Shown: positions 25,171-39,149 of the stretch, in pieces | How the letters are laid out: every line of letters begins with the position of its first letter | Numbering within the stretch: the stretch's first letter is position 1 | Assembly (NCBI RefSeq): GCF_006345805.1 | Contig: NC_043011.1 | Span: 27,850,464-27,914,463 of the forward strand | DNA length: 64,000 nucleotides | Source: Octopus sinensis | Lineage: Eukaryota | Direction: 5' to 3' | Notes under the pieces: generated by a model | What the model saw: the letters and a program-made list of their open reading frames with translations, nothing else | Databases searched by the model: none | What the model was told of the DNA's origin: nothing | Program-made: the position numbers and the translations under genes

Positions 25171-25477
25171 CGTCTCCTTCCATAAACACTATTTTTTCAT
25201 ATCTGCTCCTTTCTACCGTGCCTTCACAAAGAAGAAAGGAAAATGTCCTGCCTATTTGAAGACTATGGAAATATTTGCAAAACATTTCATTTAATTTTTT
25301 TTTCTTCGACAGCATTGCCTTTCCTGTTTTAATCTTACTTGAAAAATTCGAAAAGACGGAAAATGGTATAAAATATTTTTCATAAAATAAATTACTTTAG
25401 CAAATTTTACCTCGTCTTATTTCCCTTATGCATATCAACTCGTGCGTTATTTTCAAGCTTCTACATATGTATGTATG

Positions 25478-25508
<31 letters not shown>

Positions 25509-26389
25509 GAATCAAATCCATTTTGTGAATTTATAAACATGCATATGCATGCGCACACACACACACTCACACGTATATATATACATGTGCATACGTGCGT
25601 GTGAATGAGTGAGTGTGTGTGTTTGCGTGTCTGTGCGCGCACGTGCGTGTGCTTATGTTTATATATTTACAAAATGGATTTCATTCATTCATCTATTTCG
25701 GGGAAGAATTTCATGTTTTTTTTCAAATTTTTACAGAAAATCAAATCATTATAAAAAAAATTGATCAATTTAGAATTTTTTTTTTATCCACAGACTACTC
25801 ATTTTTGCACCATCTACGTCATAAGGACAATTGCTGTAAAATTGCATTTATTTTTAGTAGTTCAATTAAGTAAAAACAAGATTCAGCGAAACTTGTTTTG
25901 TTTCATTTAAAAATAAAATAAAAACATAAATGGAGTAAAGAAAGACAAATAGAATTTCGTTTCATTTTTATTACATTATACTTTAAATCTCTCCAGACAC
26001 CACATCCCACCCCTCACCGACATCACCCCAACACTCTGCCTCTCTTTCTGTCTCTCTGAAAGCAAAACGGTACAATTACTTTGTGTCCTTTAATGAAACA
26101 ATGCCATTTTGACTGAATTTTTTTCATTTGTCTAAACTACAAAATCTAATGAAATTTTCTGACGTACATGATAGAAATATAAAAAACACAACAGTTACAG
26201 GCATATTTTGCCTTAAATATTATTTTCTTACTTATAATTTACATCCTTATAAACATCTGTATGTGAAATTACAAAGAAATTCGGATGACCCCATTTCATG
26301 AATTAGGGAATAACATCAAGCTGCCAATCACAGTAAAACTACTGCTGTTATTGTTGTTGTTAAGCAACAAGACGGGTTAGAGTGATAAG

Positions 26390-26585
26390 GTGATGGTCTA
26401 GGGCTTAGGAGCGGGAGACCCCAGACCTTGGAAAAAGAAACTTTGGTCGTTTTGTTGTAGTCGAGGGCTCTTCGTCGACGCCCGACACCACTGGGAGGTG
26501 GCCCTCGAAGTCGCTGGAAATAGAGATCTCCAGGTCCAAATTCTTGAACGGTGGCTGCTGCTACTACTACTACTACTACTACGCC
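26390..26585 (+). mobile_element. Possible degenerate LINE C-terminus with (CTA)n tail
   Basis: GDPRPWKKKLW...WEVALEVAGNRDL resembles LINE ORF2 ends (GRP.K.W...DR..W) and is followed by a short tandem tail. Confidence 0.35.
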
Positions 26586-26683
26586 GCAATATTTGATTTC
26601 TGTGCATACATCAGCACCCTTCCCTTGTGTCCCCAAAATGGTAGTAACCTACTGCACTGTTTGCTGTTTTCTTCTCATATATG

Positions 26684-26755
<72 letters not shown>

Positions 26756-27025
26756 GTGTAAGTATGTATGCACGTGTGCATGCGTGGATATGCGCGTATG
26801 TTTATATATATATATATATATGTTTGTATGTATATATATATATATATATATATGTATGCATGTATGCACATATATGAGTATGTATGTTTATATATACATA
26901 TGTGTATGTATATATATATACGTGTATATGTATGTATATATATATGCATATTTATGTATATATACATACATATATATGTGTTTTCAGTATGTAACATAGT
27001 TTCATAATCATGCATTTTCCAGAGA

Positions 27026-27850
27026 CCTTACTGACAAGCCACGGATGGTTATATAATGAATTGATTGATTTGATCATTATTGGCGAAACTCATGCGTATA
27101 GGGTTAACTGAGATTTATATTCATTCAAGTGTCCTACAAGAAACGTGCAATGTAAGAATATCTTTTTCGTGGTTTAGGTCTTGACTGCCCCTTCTAGCAT
27201 GTAAGGAATCCGCATGGCGTTCTCGCCTCTGTGTATAAACTATTATACACTATAACGTTACAAAAATATTTATCTTTTGACTTTTATTACGCCTGTTAAC
27301 CACTAGTATTAATTATTAATTTTAAAATTTAACCCTGTATTTATATAGTTAAATATTTAAGTCCTTCGGTTGGATAATATACGGTGAATTTATTCACTGC
27401 TGTACTACTCTGACTCTGCACGTTGACTGGAGGAATTCTATTTGAATTCTTGATGTATAAAGATAGAACTAAGTGTGCACGTGTTTACTTTGTTTTTTCG
27501 GTACGTATTGTAGTTTCGTAATTATACATTTTCTAGCGTCCTTACCGACGAGCCACTGATGGTTAATTAGTCACTTCATTGATTTGCTCATTAATGGTGA
27601 AACTCATGGGTATAGGATTAACTGAGATTTTTATTAATTCAAGTGTCCTACAAGCAACATGCAATGTAAGAATATCTCTTTCGTGGTTTGTTGTGTCTTG
27701 ACTATCCTTTCTAGCATGTAAGGAATCCACGTGGTGGTCTCCTCTCCGTATATATACACTAGTATATTATAAAAATATTTACGTATTCTGACTTTCAATA
27801 CGCATGCTAAATACTGCTATTAATTATTAATTTAATAATATTTACCCTAA
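27026..27850 (+). repeat. Diverged tandem repeat, ~514-bp period, each unit starting with a hammerhead motif
   Basis: HHR1 27026-27102: cctta-CTGACAA-gcca...tggc-GAAA-ctcatgcg-TA-taggg. HHR2 27540-27616: cctta-CCGACGA-gcca...tggt-GAAA-ctcatggg-TA-tagg. The downstream ~300 bp is homologous between units. Confidence 0.8.
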
Positions 27851-27932
27851 ACACACACACGCACACACACATACATACATACATATATATATATATATAA
27901 TCAATATAAGCAACAGGGTATCAAGTAGTAAT

Positions 27933-29076
27933 GCAGTACGACCGTTTCAAGCGGCTCCATTTAATTGAACAATGCAATCATTACATCAATTTGAATGCAG
28001 TGCTATCTTCAGCTTCTCAAAACAGAATTTTTTTAACAAGTAGGTTATGTTAATATAATTTTTCTTAAATATTTTAACAGAGTAGGAAGATGGAAGAAAT
28101 TCATGTTGTCGATTTTGTACCAAAGTAACTAAGCACAGACTATAATTTCTTAGAATGGCATGGAGGATAGTGGGGTCCTAAGGTTGTAAGGTTGTAATTC
28201 ATTTCTATTTTATTATCTATTAAATCTGAAACTAGGAGACTGTTTATTTTGAATAAAGTACAAGAGTGAGTTGACAGCTCATGGTTAGATATGGTCATAC
28301 ATGTTATCATAGGTATCCCCTTTCCCCAAAGAGAAATGAAATAAGATATTAGGAAGAGTCAACTTGATAGAAGCAACTGTCTATAAAAAAGAGCTATGGT
28401 AGGGGTAGACTTTAAATCATGATGTTAATTACAAGTTTGAGGGGCAAGACACTAAGAAAGATAGTAATACAGGGAATATTTATTAGGGGCACGATGGGGG
28501 AAAGTTTATAAACAATATTATTATGTTGTATGAAAACTAATATTTTAGATTTCTAAAATGATATAACCAAAATAGCTAAAAGGTATGTATGTATCAACTA
28601 TAAACATCAAAAAGGAAGATTATGCAGAATCAGTTTGATAGACATTCTTGTGCTTAATTCATTAATTATTAGATGGTTTCTATAAAGAGTGCTCAATGCA
28701 CTTACATGTGGAATATCTTAACCACATAGCCAAGCCTGTAACTATATCTCTAATATTGATTCAGATATTCTCGTGAAAAAGTTGTGTTTGTAAACTCTCA
28801 CTGTCTGCAGTAATTAGGTGAACGAAGTCATCTTTCTGAATCACCTGCTCTCAGCTAAAGCCATTACATTTGGAATTAAAAGTATCAATAGAGGTGGTGT
28901 TTGAAGAGAGTGAGGAGTGGTAGGAAACAGTCATGATAGATGTGGTTGACGTCATGTTGAAGCTTTCGTCTGCTCTTACTAGTTTGTTTGGTTAGCGAAA
29001 ACGTAGCTGTTGCCTTCACTTGATGTAATGATTGCATTGTTCAATTAAATGGAGCCACTCGAAATGTTCGTACTAC
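27933..29076 (-). mobile_element. Inverted pair of degenerate hammerhead-bearing repeats bracketing ~1 kb of possibly PLE-derived sequence
   Basis: 27933-28016 (-) and 29003-29076 (+) share tgatgtaatgattgcattgttcaattaaatggagcc. The minus copy reads CTGAAGA...GAAA-cggtcg-TA. Confidence 0.5.
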
Positions 29077-29183
29077 TTAATATTACGTAGCTTATTTCGA
29101 GTTTATTCACCTTCGAGCTGTTCGGAGAATACCGGACTGACTTGGTGGTTCAACTTAAGTACATAATTCTACTGAGTATATAT

Positions 29184-29390
29184 ATATTATTAGTGAATTG
29201 AAGAAATGGAGTTGAACGAAGATTGAACAGAAATCGTTTTATTGCATTCTACACGTGTTTCGAAAGCCACAATTTACCAAATTCCGATTGAATAAGGAGA
29301 CCATATTGTGTCTTTCTCTTCAGAGAATGCAATAAAACGATTTCTGTTCAATCTTCGTTCAACTCCATTTCTTCAATTCACTAATAATAT
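29184..29390 (-). ncRNA. Hammerhead motif in the loop of a perfect 67-bp hairpin
   Basis: Arms 29184-29250 and 29324-29390 are exact reverse complements. Minus-strand loop: CTGAAGA-gaaag...ctttc-GAAA-cacgtg-T. Confidence 0.8.
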
Positions 29391-29563
29391 TAAAATTCAA
29401 TTATCCGCACCAACGCACGGTTGCAACACCATATGGTTGTACCTCCAACCGTGCTGTCTTCTGCTGTGATTTTTGCTACCAAGGTATCGGTTAAACTTTT
29501 GATTAATCTGCAACAAGATTATTCATCTTTCTATTTCACAATATATATATATATATATATATA

Positions 29564-29639
<76 letters not shown>

Positions 29640-30118
29640 TATCTATATCTATATATATATATCAGATGCATATTTATGTAGGAGCACTGTAATGAGTAAA
29701 ATTCTCCCATTTCATTTCAGTTTGTGTCATTGCTGAGTTTGAGATATAGATTGTCGGAAAAGTATTTAGTTAAAAAAGTCTGTGTTGTTTTCTTTTTTAG
29801 ATTAAATTATAAACCACATAGTGGATTATATTGGATCTCTCAAGAAACAGACGAAACAGACATTAACGGAAGCTTCAATAGGAGATAAGTCCGTCAAACA
29901 CAACGCAAGGTGATATGTTATCTCCGACAATTCTACAACTCATTTCCGTATGGAAAATGGAGAATAATATATATACCAGAAATATAAAAACTTAGTAAAT
30001 TATTAATTCTCTCTCTGCTTTGAAATAAGCTATCCGTGTTTTCTATAACTTTTTATATCACAAATCTTCAAGTAACAACATTCTTTCTTAGAAACGCCTT
30101 CGCGCGCGCGAGCATGTG

Positions 30119-30151
<33 letters not shown>

Positions 30152-30295
30152 ATATATATATATATAAAACTGTTATCTTACCGTATTACCAATATATATA
30201 TATATATTATATATATAAAATTGTTATCTTACCGTATTACAAATATATATATATAGATATATATATTATATATATATATAATATATATATATAGA

Positions 30296-30326
<31 letters not shown>

Positions 30327-30395
30327 ATATATATATGTATGTATGTATATATATGTGTGTGTATATGTATATATATATATATGTGTGTGTGTGTG

Positions 30396-30426
<31 letters not shown>

Positions 30427-30942
30427 GAAATGCAAGTAATGGTAAAGAATATACACAACAATAACTGAAAGGACAAAAGTGAGGAAACATATATAAACCC
30501 ATTTCCTCTCTCAATATTTTATCCAGGCATTAATACAATTTTAGTGCTTAGCAAAAGTTGGTATTGCACATGTGGATGTTGCTCGGGTTCAAACCAATTG
30601 GAACAGGTTTCTGAGAAGATTTTTATGAGGCATTATATATATATATATAAGTTCAGAAAAATTTAGATTCAGATGAATATGGTACTTAAGTCAAAAGGCA
30701 CCATAATTTAGTGGAAAAAATCTACAGACGGAGAATTTTGGCAAATGTATAAAAATATGCATTGTCAGTTTAATTGAAAAATTCTGTATGTGCCTGAAGA
30801 TTGCTCGACATTTTAAAACTGATGAAATACTTACAGTGTTTAATAAAATGAAGTAGCATGAAAAAATTGTACTACACTACCTTAGATATCTTTGTTGCTT
30901 ATTTTGATTTTTTATAAATATATATATATATATTTATATATA

Positions 30943-31507
30943 TTGTGTTGTCCGGAAAGTTCGTGCCGATTATTAAAGGAAAGAAAAAGGTCAATAAATA
31001 CTTATCATTACATTTTTAATCAACCAAATATGAACTATTTTATTGCACAATGCTTCTCCATCTTTCTTTTAACTTGAAAATACCTTCTTCCCAGAATTGA
31101 GGTGGTTTCATAGCAAAGAATTCATCAAGGCATCTTTTTACGTCATCCAAGGAATTGAAAGTCTTACCATTAAGACTATTCTGCAGAGACTTGAATAAGT
31201 GGAGATCCGAAGGAACAATATCTGGTGAATATGGAGGGTGGGGTAAAATATCCCAGCCGAGCTGCAGCAATTTGTTTTGGTTCCCAAAGCATCAAGTGCT
31301 GAAAATGAACTTTCTTATCTTCCATTTTAAAGGGTTACAAAATTAACAGAGGTTATAAGAACGTAAACCTTCTTCCACGAAAAGATAGCTTAAACTGTAC
31401 CCTAAATGGAGTTGTAGTCAAATCCTATTTTATGGACTCAACCATGTTCTAAAATAAGTTGAAATATAAGCTACTATAAATCGGCACGAACTTTCCGGAC
31501 AACCCAA
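30943..31507 (-). mobile_element. Internally deleted mariner element
   Basis: TIRs TTG.GTTGTCCGGAAAGTTCGTGCCGAT with TA flanks. ORF 31040-31270: LGWDILPHPPYSPDIVPSDLHLFKSLQNSLNGKTF. Confidence 0.93.
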
Positions 31508-32607
31508 TATAAACACACACACACACACACGCACAAACACACACATGCACATTTCAACTTTTGTGTTGGAAGCAGTTAAATAATGCAAACCTTATCAATA
31601 TTACGTTTTAAAAAATGTGCGTTGTTAAACACTAGTAGGTCCGGTGTTTTTTCTAATGGAGGTATAGTGTGTAGAAATACATAGCGTGTACTTCATTAAA
31701 TTATACAAACACTCACAAACACACATACAGACTCACATACACACACACGCACACACACACACACACACACACATTCTCAGACACACACAATATTCCTTTC
31801 AACACAATCATACCATAATCATATTGATTTTATAAACGATAAATCAGGAATTAACTCAATGGAAAAATATGATCCGAACTCAATTCCACCGGGATTAACT
31901 ATGCGACGAGAGTATTTATGCAATTTATTTCCTCTAATACCATTATTAGTCACTAAGTTTTAGTGAGAAAAATATTATTACATAAGTACGTCTTGGCGGG
32001 ACATCGAGAGAATAATCGTATTTCACGAGTTACGTGCAATTACAGCGAGGCAAGAAAAGATATATTGGATTTTGAAACTGAATGCAGAGTATATTTCAAT
32101 TTTTTTTTTCAGAGTCATTGATACTGATATATATATATATATATATATATTTGAACGACAAGTTTTTTTTCTAGAAGGCGTATTTATTTTTAAAGAATAT
32201 GTAGTGTTGAAAGAAGTTAGATGATATTCTTTATCTGTGGGTTTAAATTATCTTACAACAGGCGCTGCATGTTCAAACCCCTGTCAACTCTTTTTTAAAT
32301 TCCATTTTTGATGTCTCTCAGAATATCAGTGGATCGAAGTGAAGGTCATTCTGGCATATATACATGGTTTCCGTCTATGTCGATAATTATGTATCCTTAC
32401 ATCATTAAATGTAATAAATAATAATTAAGACGGTTTCTTACCTGCTCTATCTGAATATCTTAGACGAATTCAAATTTACATGTTAAGCCTTACACCTGCA
32501 AAATAACTTCAAAACTACTACTACTATTACTTCTTCTTTTTCTTCTTCTTCTTCTTCTTCTTCTTCTTCTTCTTCTTCTTCTTCTTCTTCTTCTCCTTCT
32601 TCATGTC

Positions 32608-32673
<66 letters not shown>

Positions 32674-32675
<2 letters not shown>

Positions 32676-33992
32676 TCAGTAGTTTTATTTTTATAGCGTG
32701 CTTTCACTTCACTACCGAGCGCAGCTCTGTGTGCCTTGGGTATGTGCTGTGATTTGTTGTGATGCTCTGATGGTTATTGTATGGAAAGTGTTCTGCGTAG
32801 GATGTGTGCAGTGCCTAGTAGTGCAATTTTCTGTATGTTATATGTGTTTGTAAGTCCTGGTGTTTTTGTTATGTATTTGTCTGAATATTTTTTTATCATG
32901 CCTAATGCACCTACTATGATAGGAATTGTTTCTGTTTTCAGGTTCCACATTCTAGTTACCTCTATTTCCAGGTCTTTGTATTTTGAGAGTTTCTCCATTT
33001 CTTTTAAAGACACGTTGTCATCTGCCGGTATTGATACATCAATTAGAAAGCATTTTTTTTCTTCATGATCTCTGACAACTATATCTGGTCTGTTGGCCTT
33101 AATTTCTCTATCTGTGTGTATCGGCATATCTCAGAGTATGGTTGCCTTCTCGTTTTCTGTGACCTTTTCTGGTGTGTGCCTATACCATCTTTTTTCTGTT
33201 GTTATTCCATAATGTTGGCATAGCTTCCAATGTACGTAGGTTCCAACTCTGTCATGTCTGTGAATATATTCCTTCTTAGCCAGGACTGGGCAGCTACAGA
33301 TAATATGATTTATTGTTTCTTGTCCATCTCCACATATTCTGCAGTTACTTGTAATATTTCTTTTCATTACATGTTTTTGGTAATTTCTGGTGGGGAGGCA
33401 TTGATCTTGTGCTGCAATTAAAAATCCCTCTGTTTCTGCTTTGAGTCCTGAGCTTCTCAACCATTGCTGGGATTTTTCTTTGTCTATTTCTTTTGCGTTT
33501 AGTTTAGTGCAGTATTTACCATGAAGGGGCTTTTCTTGCCATCGTTTTATCATGGCTCGTTGCTGTTCTATTTTTAGTTTGGATTTCATTTGTTTTATAG
33601 CTTTTGTTGTTTCTTCATCATCTTCTTCTTCTTCTTTGTGTTTATTAGGTGGTATGATTTCTTGTTTGTATTTGTCAGCTTCCTTAAATACTGAGAACAG
33701 TTGTTTGTTTTGCTCGTGTTTTGCTGCTATCTAGATCAGTTTTCCTTCCTTCTGAAGTAGGTATTTTTGCAGTCCTATGGTGGTTATTTTATAGTAGTTT
33801 TCCAGCTGTATAAGGCCTCTACCACCTTCTATACGTTGTATATATAGTCTTTCTATGTCAGATTTTGGGTGATGCATCCTAGATCCTGTCAGTATTTTTC
33901 TTGTTTTCCTATCTATTTTGGACAGTTCATTTCGTGTCCAGTTAAGGATATTGTAGCTGTAACTTATAACTGGGACAGCTAAAGTGTTGACA

Positions 33993-33993
<1 letters not shown>
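32674..33993 (-). mobile_element. 5'-truncated Dong/R4-type non-LTR retrotransposon (RT C-terminus, CCHC knuckle, restriction-like endonuclease)
   Basis: One frame 33993 to 32774 with two nonsense codons: RLYIQRIEGGRGL...QDQCLPTRNY...CRICGDGQETINHIICSC...HRHD...NRPDIV...LIDVSIP...EKLSKY. Flanked by (ATT)n at 32609-32673 and 33994-34053. Confidence 0.92.
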
Positions 33994-34055
<62 letters not shown>

Positions 34056-34635
34056 CCACACAATACCAAATCACTGTAGATAATACTGCTTGTCGTATTT
34101 CTGCTATCGGAATAGAGAGACACTGTAGTTCTGAGATAGAAAAGACATTCAAATACATAAATTGATTGATGAAACGCATTCACATGAATAGACTTCTGCT
34201 TACATTTCAAGAAACACAGCAAGATGATAAAGAGAAAATGGGTCAGAAGAATCGTTAACCCCCAACTACACGTCCAGCTGTGACAGCTGTATTGCGATAA
34301 ATTCAGCAGAAGAATTAAGCGTGTCCAGGCAGGTTCGTATTCATTGATAGGTAGACTCTTTTGTTTTTAATTTGACTATGCCTAGACTCTTACATTCTTC
34401 ATATGAATATAATGCTCTACGTTATACATACGAAAAGTTTTGTTAAGTGTAGCCGAATAGAATTGTAGTCATGTACTAGCTTCGGGATATATATGTGTAC
34501 TCGGTGATTGTGTGTATGTTTCTTTCAGTCTAGGTGTGCATGTATGCATATTTATACATATATGTAATTATATTCATACTTGCAACTTATATACATATAT
34601 GTGTACGTGCACAAACACACACACACACACACACA

Positions 34636-34668
<33 letters not shown>

Positions 34669-34993
34669 TGTATGCACGTATCTATGTATATATGCATATA
34701 TAATGGGTACAAATACATCCAATAACGTGGAAGCATAATAGATATCGACAATTAGATCCCAGCCCGGACCAGATACATAAAATGCAACGTGGAACAGAAG
34801 GAGGTGGAATGCATCCAAATAATAGCCGCCTATAAAATCCCTCAAAAATTAGGTCGAACTCTCGCATTGGTGGTTTTCCTGTATATTTTTCTCTGATTAA
34901 TTACATTTATACTCACTTCTGCTAACTATAACTGCTTTGTTGGCATTAACAGCCGGCTGTTCATCTTCTACTTTATTGTACACCCATGAGTGC

Positions 34994-35070
<77 letters not shown>

Positions 35071-35164
35071 ATATATGTGTGTGTGTATGTATGTATATGT
35101 ATATGTATATATGTAAGTATGTATGTATGTATGTATGTATGTATGTATGAATGAATGTATGTAT

Positions 35165-35625
35165 GTAATAAAGGCCAATGGGCCAGATATAGTTGTCAGA
35201 GATCATGAAGAAAAAAATGCTTTCTAATTGATATATCAATACCAGCAGATGACAACATTTCTTTAAAAGAAATGGAGAAACTATCAAAATACAAAGACGT
35301 AGAAATAGAGGTAACTCGAATGTGGAGTCTGAAAACAGGAACAATTCCTATCACAGTATGTTCATTAGGTATGATAAAAAATATTCAGTCGAATACATAA
35401 CAAAAACACCAGGACTAACAAGTATGTATAACATACAGAAAATTGTACTACTAGGCACCGAACAAATCCTACGTAAAACACATTCAACACAGTAAAAATT
35501 AGAGCATCACAACAAACTACAGTACATACCCAAGGCACACAGAACTGCGCTCGGTAATGCAGTGAATGCACGTGATAAAAATAAGATTACTGATTAATAA
35601 TAAAAATAATAATAATGTTTATTAC
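35165..35625 (+). mobile_element. Second, shorter Dong/R4 3' fragment ending in (AAT)n
   Basis: Diverged reverse-complement match to 32674-33110 (ccagatatagttgtcagagatcatgaag...cccaaggcacacaga.ctgcgctcggta). Confidence 0.88.
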
Positions 35626-36036
35626 AAAGTAGCAGTTGCATTAACTTTAATTCGTATATATATATATTTACAGCTTCAAATAGACCTACATATATAGTAT
35701 GTTTATATATATATAAAAGATGGAGGTGGAAATAGCACTTTAAGAAGGAATGAAGGAATTTGATAAATATGATTTTAAAATTATATAAAATAAATATTAC
35801 CGATTTCGATGAATGAATTTTATCTTATCAAATATCAGTAAAATTTTATAAAAAAATTTGAAGTAAAGCAATAATATTTTCTTTATGTAATTTTTTGAAA
35901 CATTTTTTATTAAATCCCGTCTGAAATTGAAATCTATTAGACTTACTTCTGTGCTATTTCCATTTCCATTTTATATATATATAAATTTGATTTGTATAGA
36001 TCTCTCATGTGTTTTCAACACACATGCACACACACG

Positions 36037-36070
<34 letters not shown>

Positions 36071-36105
36071 CACATATATGTAAACATGCATACATAAATA
36101 CATAA

Positions 36106-36134
<29 letters not shown>

Positions 36135-36136
<2 letters not shown>

Positions 36137-36545
36137 CGAAACACCTCGAAGGCTTCTGGAAAACAACCGAGAGAAGTGGTAATCTGAACATGCCATTTCT
36201 GAAGAGTATGGTAGATGGGGCAGAATTTTTCAAACGGATCATTGGACAGCATTTTTATCAAATCAGCGATTCATGCATCTGGTTTATGGACCCTATTCAT
36301 CGAGTCAAATTGACGTACAGTAACATCATGGGGACATCCAATCTACAAGGCCCATTCCTTATGGATTATAACTAGTCTTTGTGGCTGAATACTTTCATTC
36401 GAACCCCATTGAACCGAACTACTCGGCCGGAACACTGACAGGCTGAAATCCCCCAATTCCTCTCATTGCAGTGGGAAAACCATTTCTGAACACATCAAAA
36501 ATGCACCAAGTGGTTTTAGCAGCTTTGGATCCTTACAGGAAAGCG
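36135..36545 (-). pseudogene. Degenerate mariner transposase fragment
   Basis: Minus strand KILPHLPYSSEMACSDYHFSRLFSRSLRGVS matches the mariner PHPPYSPDLAPSDYHLF motif. Confidence 0.7.
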
Positions 36546-36653
36546 AAAGAAATTAGGTATTGGCTCTCCATTGGCTCTCCATAATCATATGTTTTAAAAG
36601 AAGGTAAAATCGATTCAAATTTAAAAAACGATAATCAAAAATTATAGAGAATG

Positions 36654-36686
<33 letters not shown>

Positions 36687-36699
36687 ATATAGGTCTGGA

Positions 36700-37640
36700 C
36701 TTAAAATTTCTGCCTAAATGAGCATACCTCATTAAACAACGGTAATAAAAATATGAATTACATTTCAACAGGAATCCAAGTATAGACTAAACAATAAACT
36801 AACTAAAATACCTTAAAACGTAAGAAACATATTCCATATAAAAACATACAAACAAAAACAAAGCGAAATGCCTGAACTACAATGATAATGATATTATCTG
36901 GCTTATTTTACCTTATGGTAAGAAGATCAATACTAATCTTATCCCTGTAATTCGCTCAATCATAGATAAGCATTTCACTTCTAATAAATATGGTACTATA
37001 ATTAATAATAAAATAATAAAGGTTGAATTTTCAGTAATTAAAAACCTATTTAGACAACTATCTTTTAATAACGTAAAACGTGATACATATAACACAAATA
37101 TAAGTAATACCCCTCCAAGTAAGAGCACAAATAATATCCAAATAAATAAAAATGCCAGAAACGTTATGTCTAAACTATACATGAACAATAATGCAAAGAT
37201 ATCTAACGCATCTACTAATTATTGAAATGATTTCTGTGATTGTAGGGTTGAACGGACATGTAAATTCAACAATTATTGTGAACCTAGTGTACCAGGAAAA
37301 TGCTGAAGCGGAAGGCAATAATTTCTTTTATATTGGAATGACTACATGTTATGTGAAATCGCGACTTGCGAACCATGAGATCTCCTTTAGAAATGTTAAT
37401 AAAAGAAATAGCACAGGCCTTAGTAAATTTATTTGGAAACTAAGAGATAGCAATATTTATAATAAGATTAAATTGAGAATTTTAACCCACGCTAGCGCGT
37501 ATTACTCATCTCCCGGGGTTTGTTCACTTTGTCTGGATGAAGCATATAACATCTTATTTTCTAAACATAAACTTTTAAATGGTAGATCCGCAAACATTTC
37601 CCCAAGTTTACATGAACACAAATATATTTTTTTCCAAACA
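36700..37640 (+). pseudogene. Degenerate PLE GIY-YIG region, related to 50-1571
   Basis: NLVY...FYIGMTTCYVKSRLANHEISFRNVNKRNSTGLSKFIWKL...CSLCLDEAYNIL. Confidence 0.8.
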
Positions 37641-39149
37641 GTATTAATTGCCTTTCAGTACATATATTTTTCTCAAAATAATATATAATACATTAGATAT
37701 AAATATTCTAATGGATTATATATAGACCTAACCTTTCTAAATATACATAAATTCCACCTTAATCGCATCTTTAATATAACATAAACTCCTGCCTTTTGAC
37801 TGTTTTAGTCGCACTATAAGTATCAGCTATAAGCTCTCTACATATTATCTAGCAACCCACTATTAATACTATTGCATATTAGAGGTATACATATAACCCA
37901 AATTTTATTGGCATAATATTATGCTAATTAATTAAATTTTTTAATCTTTATTTTTTAATTTTTAAATTCATTTTAACCATTAATTTCTAATTTCACTCTC
38001 AATTTATCTCAACTTAATACAATATATTATAATATATCCCTTCATTATTAATTGCATTGCATGTATATCCCATATTATTCCAAATACCAACGTTGAAATT
38101 ATCTATAAACGTTCTACAGAGTATTTAATACTATCAATAGATTTTGATATTAGGGGTACACATATAATTCCTATTCTAAACCCATGTTTGTATGCTTATT
38201 TAATAATTTTTAAAAATTAAATTTCTTTAAATTTTAAATTTTAAAATTTACCTCATCTTATTACAATATATTATAATATCCCCTTCATTGTTAATTGCAA
38301 TATATGTATATTCCATATTATTATATATCCAATATTAACATTTCTTAACCATCGTAACCCTTTGAAGAGATTTTATATTACTATAAAATTATAACACTCT
38401 ACTACTAGATATATATTTATCATTATTAATTACATATTATACAGTTATTATACATATTATACATACTATACTATATCTGATCCAACCCAAACATCCCCTT
38501 ATATGCATAATTATATATTTAAACACTAACATAAATAACCCTTGAGCCTCTACCTGTATGTATATAATGTAAGTTCACGCACATAGGTAATACGTCAGAT
38601 TGCATGTATTCATATATCTATATCATCAACATAATTTACTCATACTTTCCGTATGCTTCACGTTCAAAACAAACTTTTTCTCTACATCTCCTATATATCA
38701 CTTTCTCAAAATATGTTTTTTTTCCTTTTCATCTGTCAATTAAACGTTATTCCTTCCCCCAGATACGCAAATGTAGATAGCCCGTTGTTTATTTTCTTAT
38801 ACACCTCTTTTTCAGATTAAAAAACGATGAATATACAACTTACTGGATATTTTTACTTTAATCTTCACAATTTTTATATTCCTCATAGGAATAAGTAATA
38901 TATAATTTATTTATCCATCTAAAAGCATTTCTGCATAATTTAATGCATCTGCCAGTGTTTTAAAATGTTACTTAATAACTTTTTCAGAATAAGTAAAGAT
39001 TAATTTTCTTCATACACAACTTACATAGTATTTTCCTATAGTAATGATACATTTTTAATTCCTCATAGAAGTAATATTTTGTTTATTTATCCATCTACAA
39101 ACCTTTCTGCATAAACGAATGTAAAATTTAGTGTCTTAATATTTTATTT

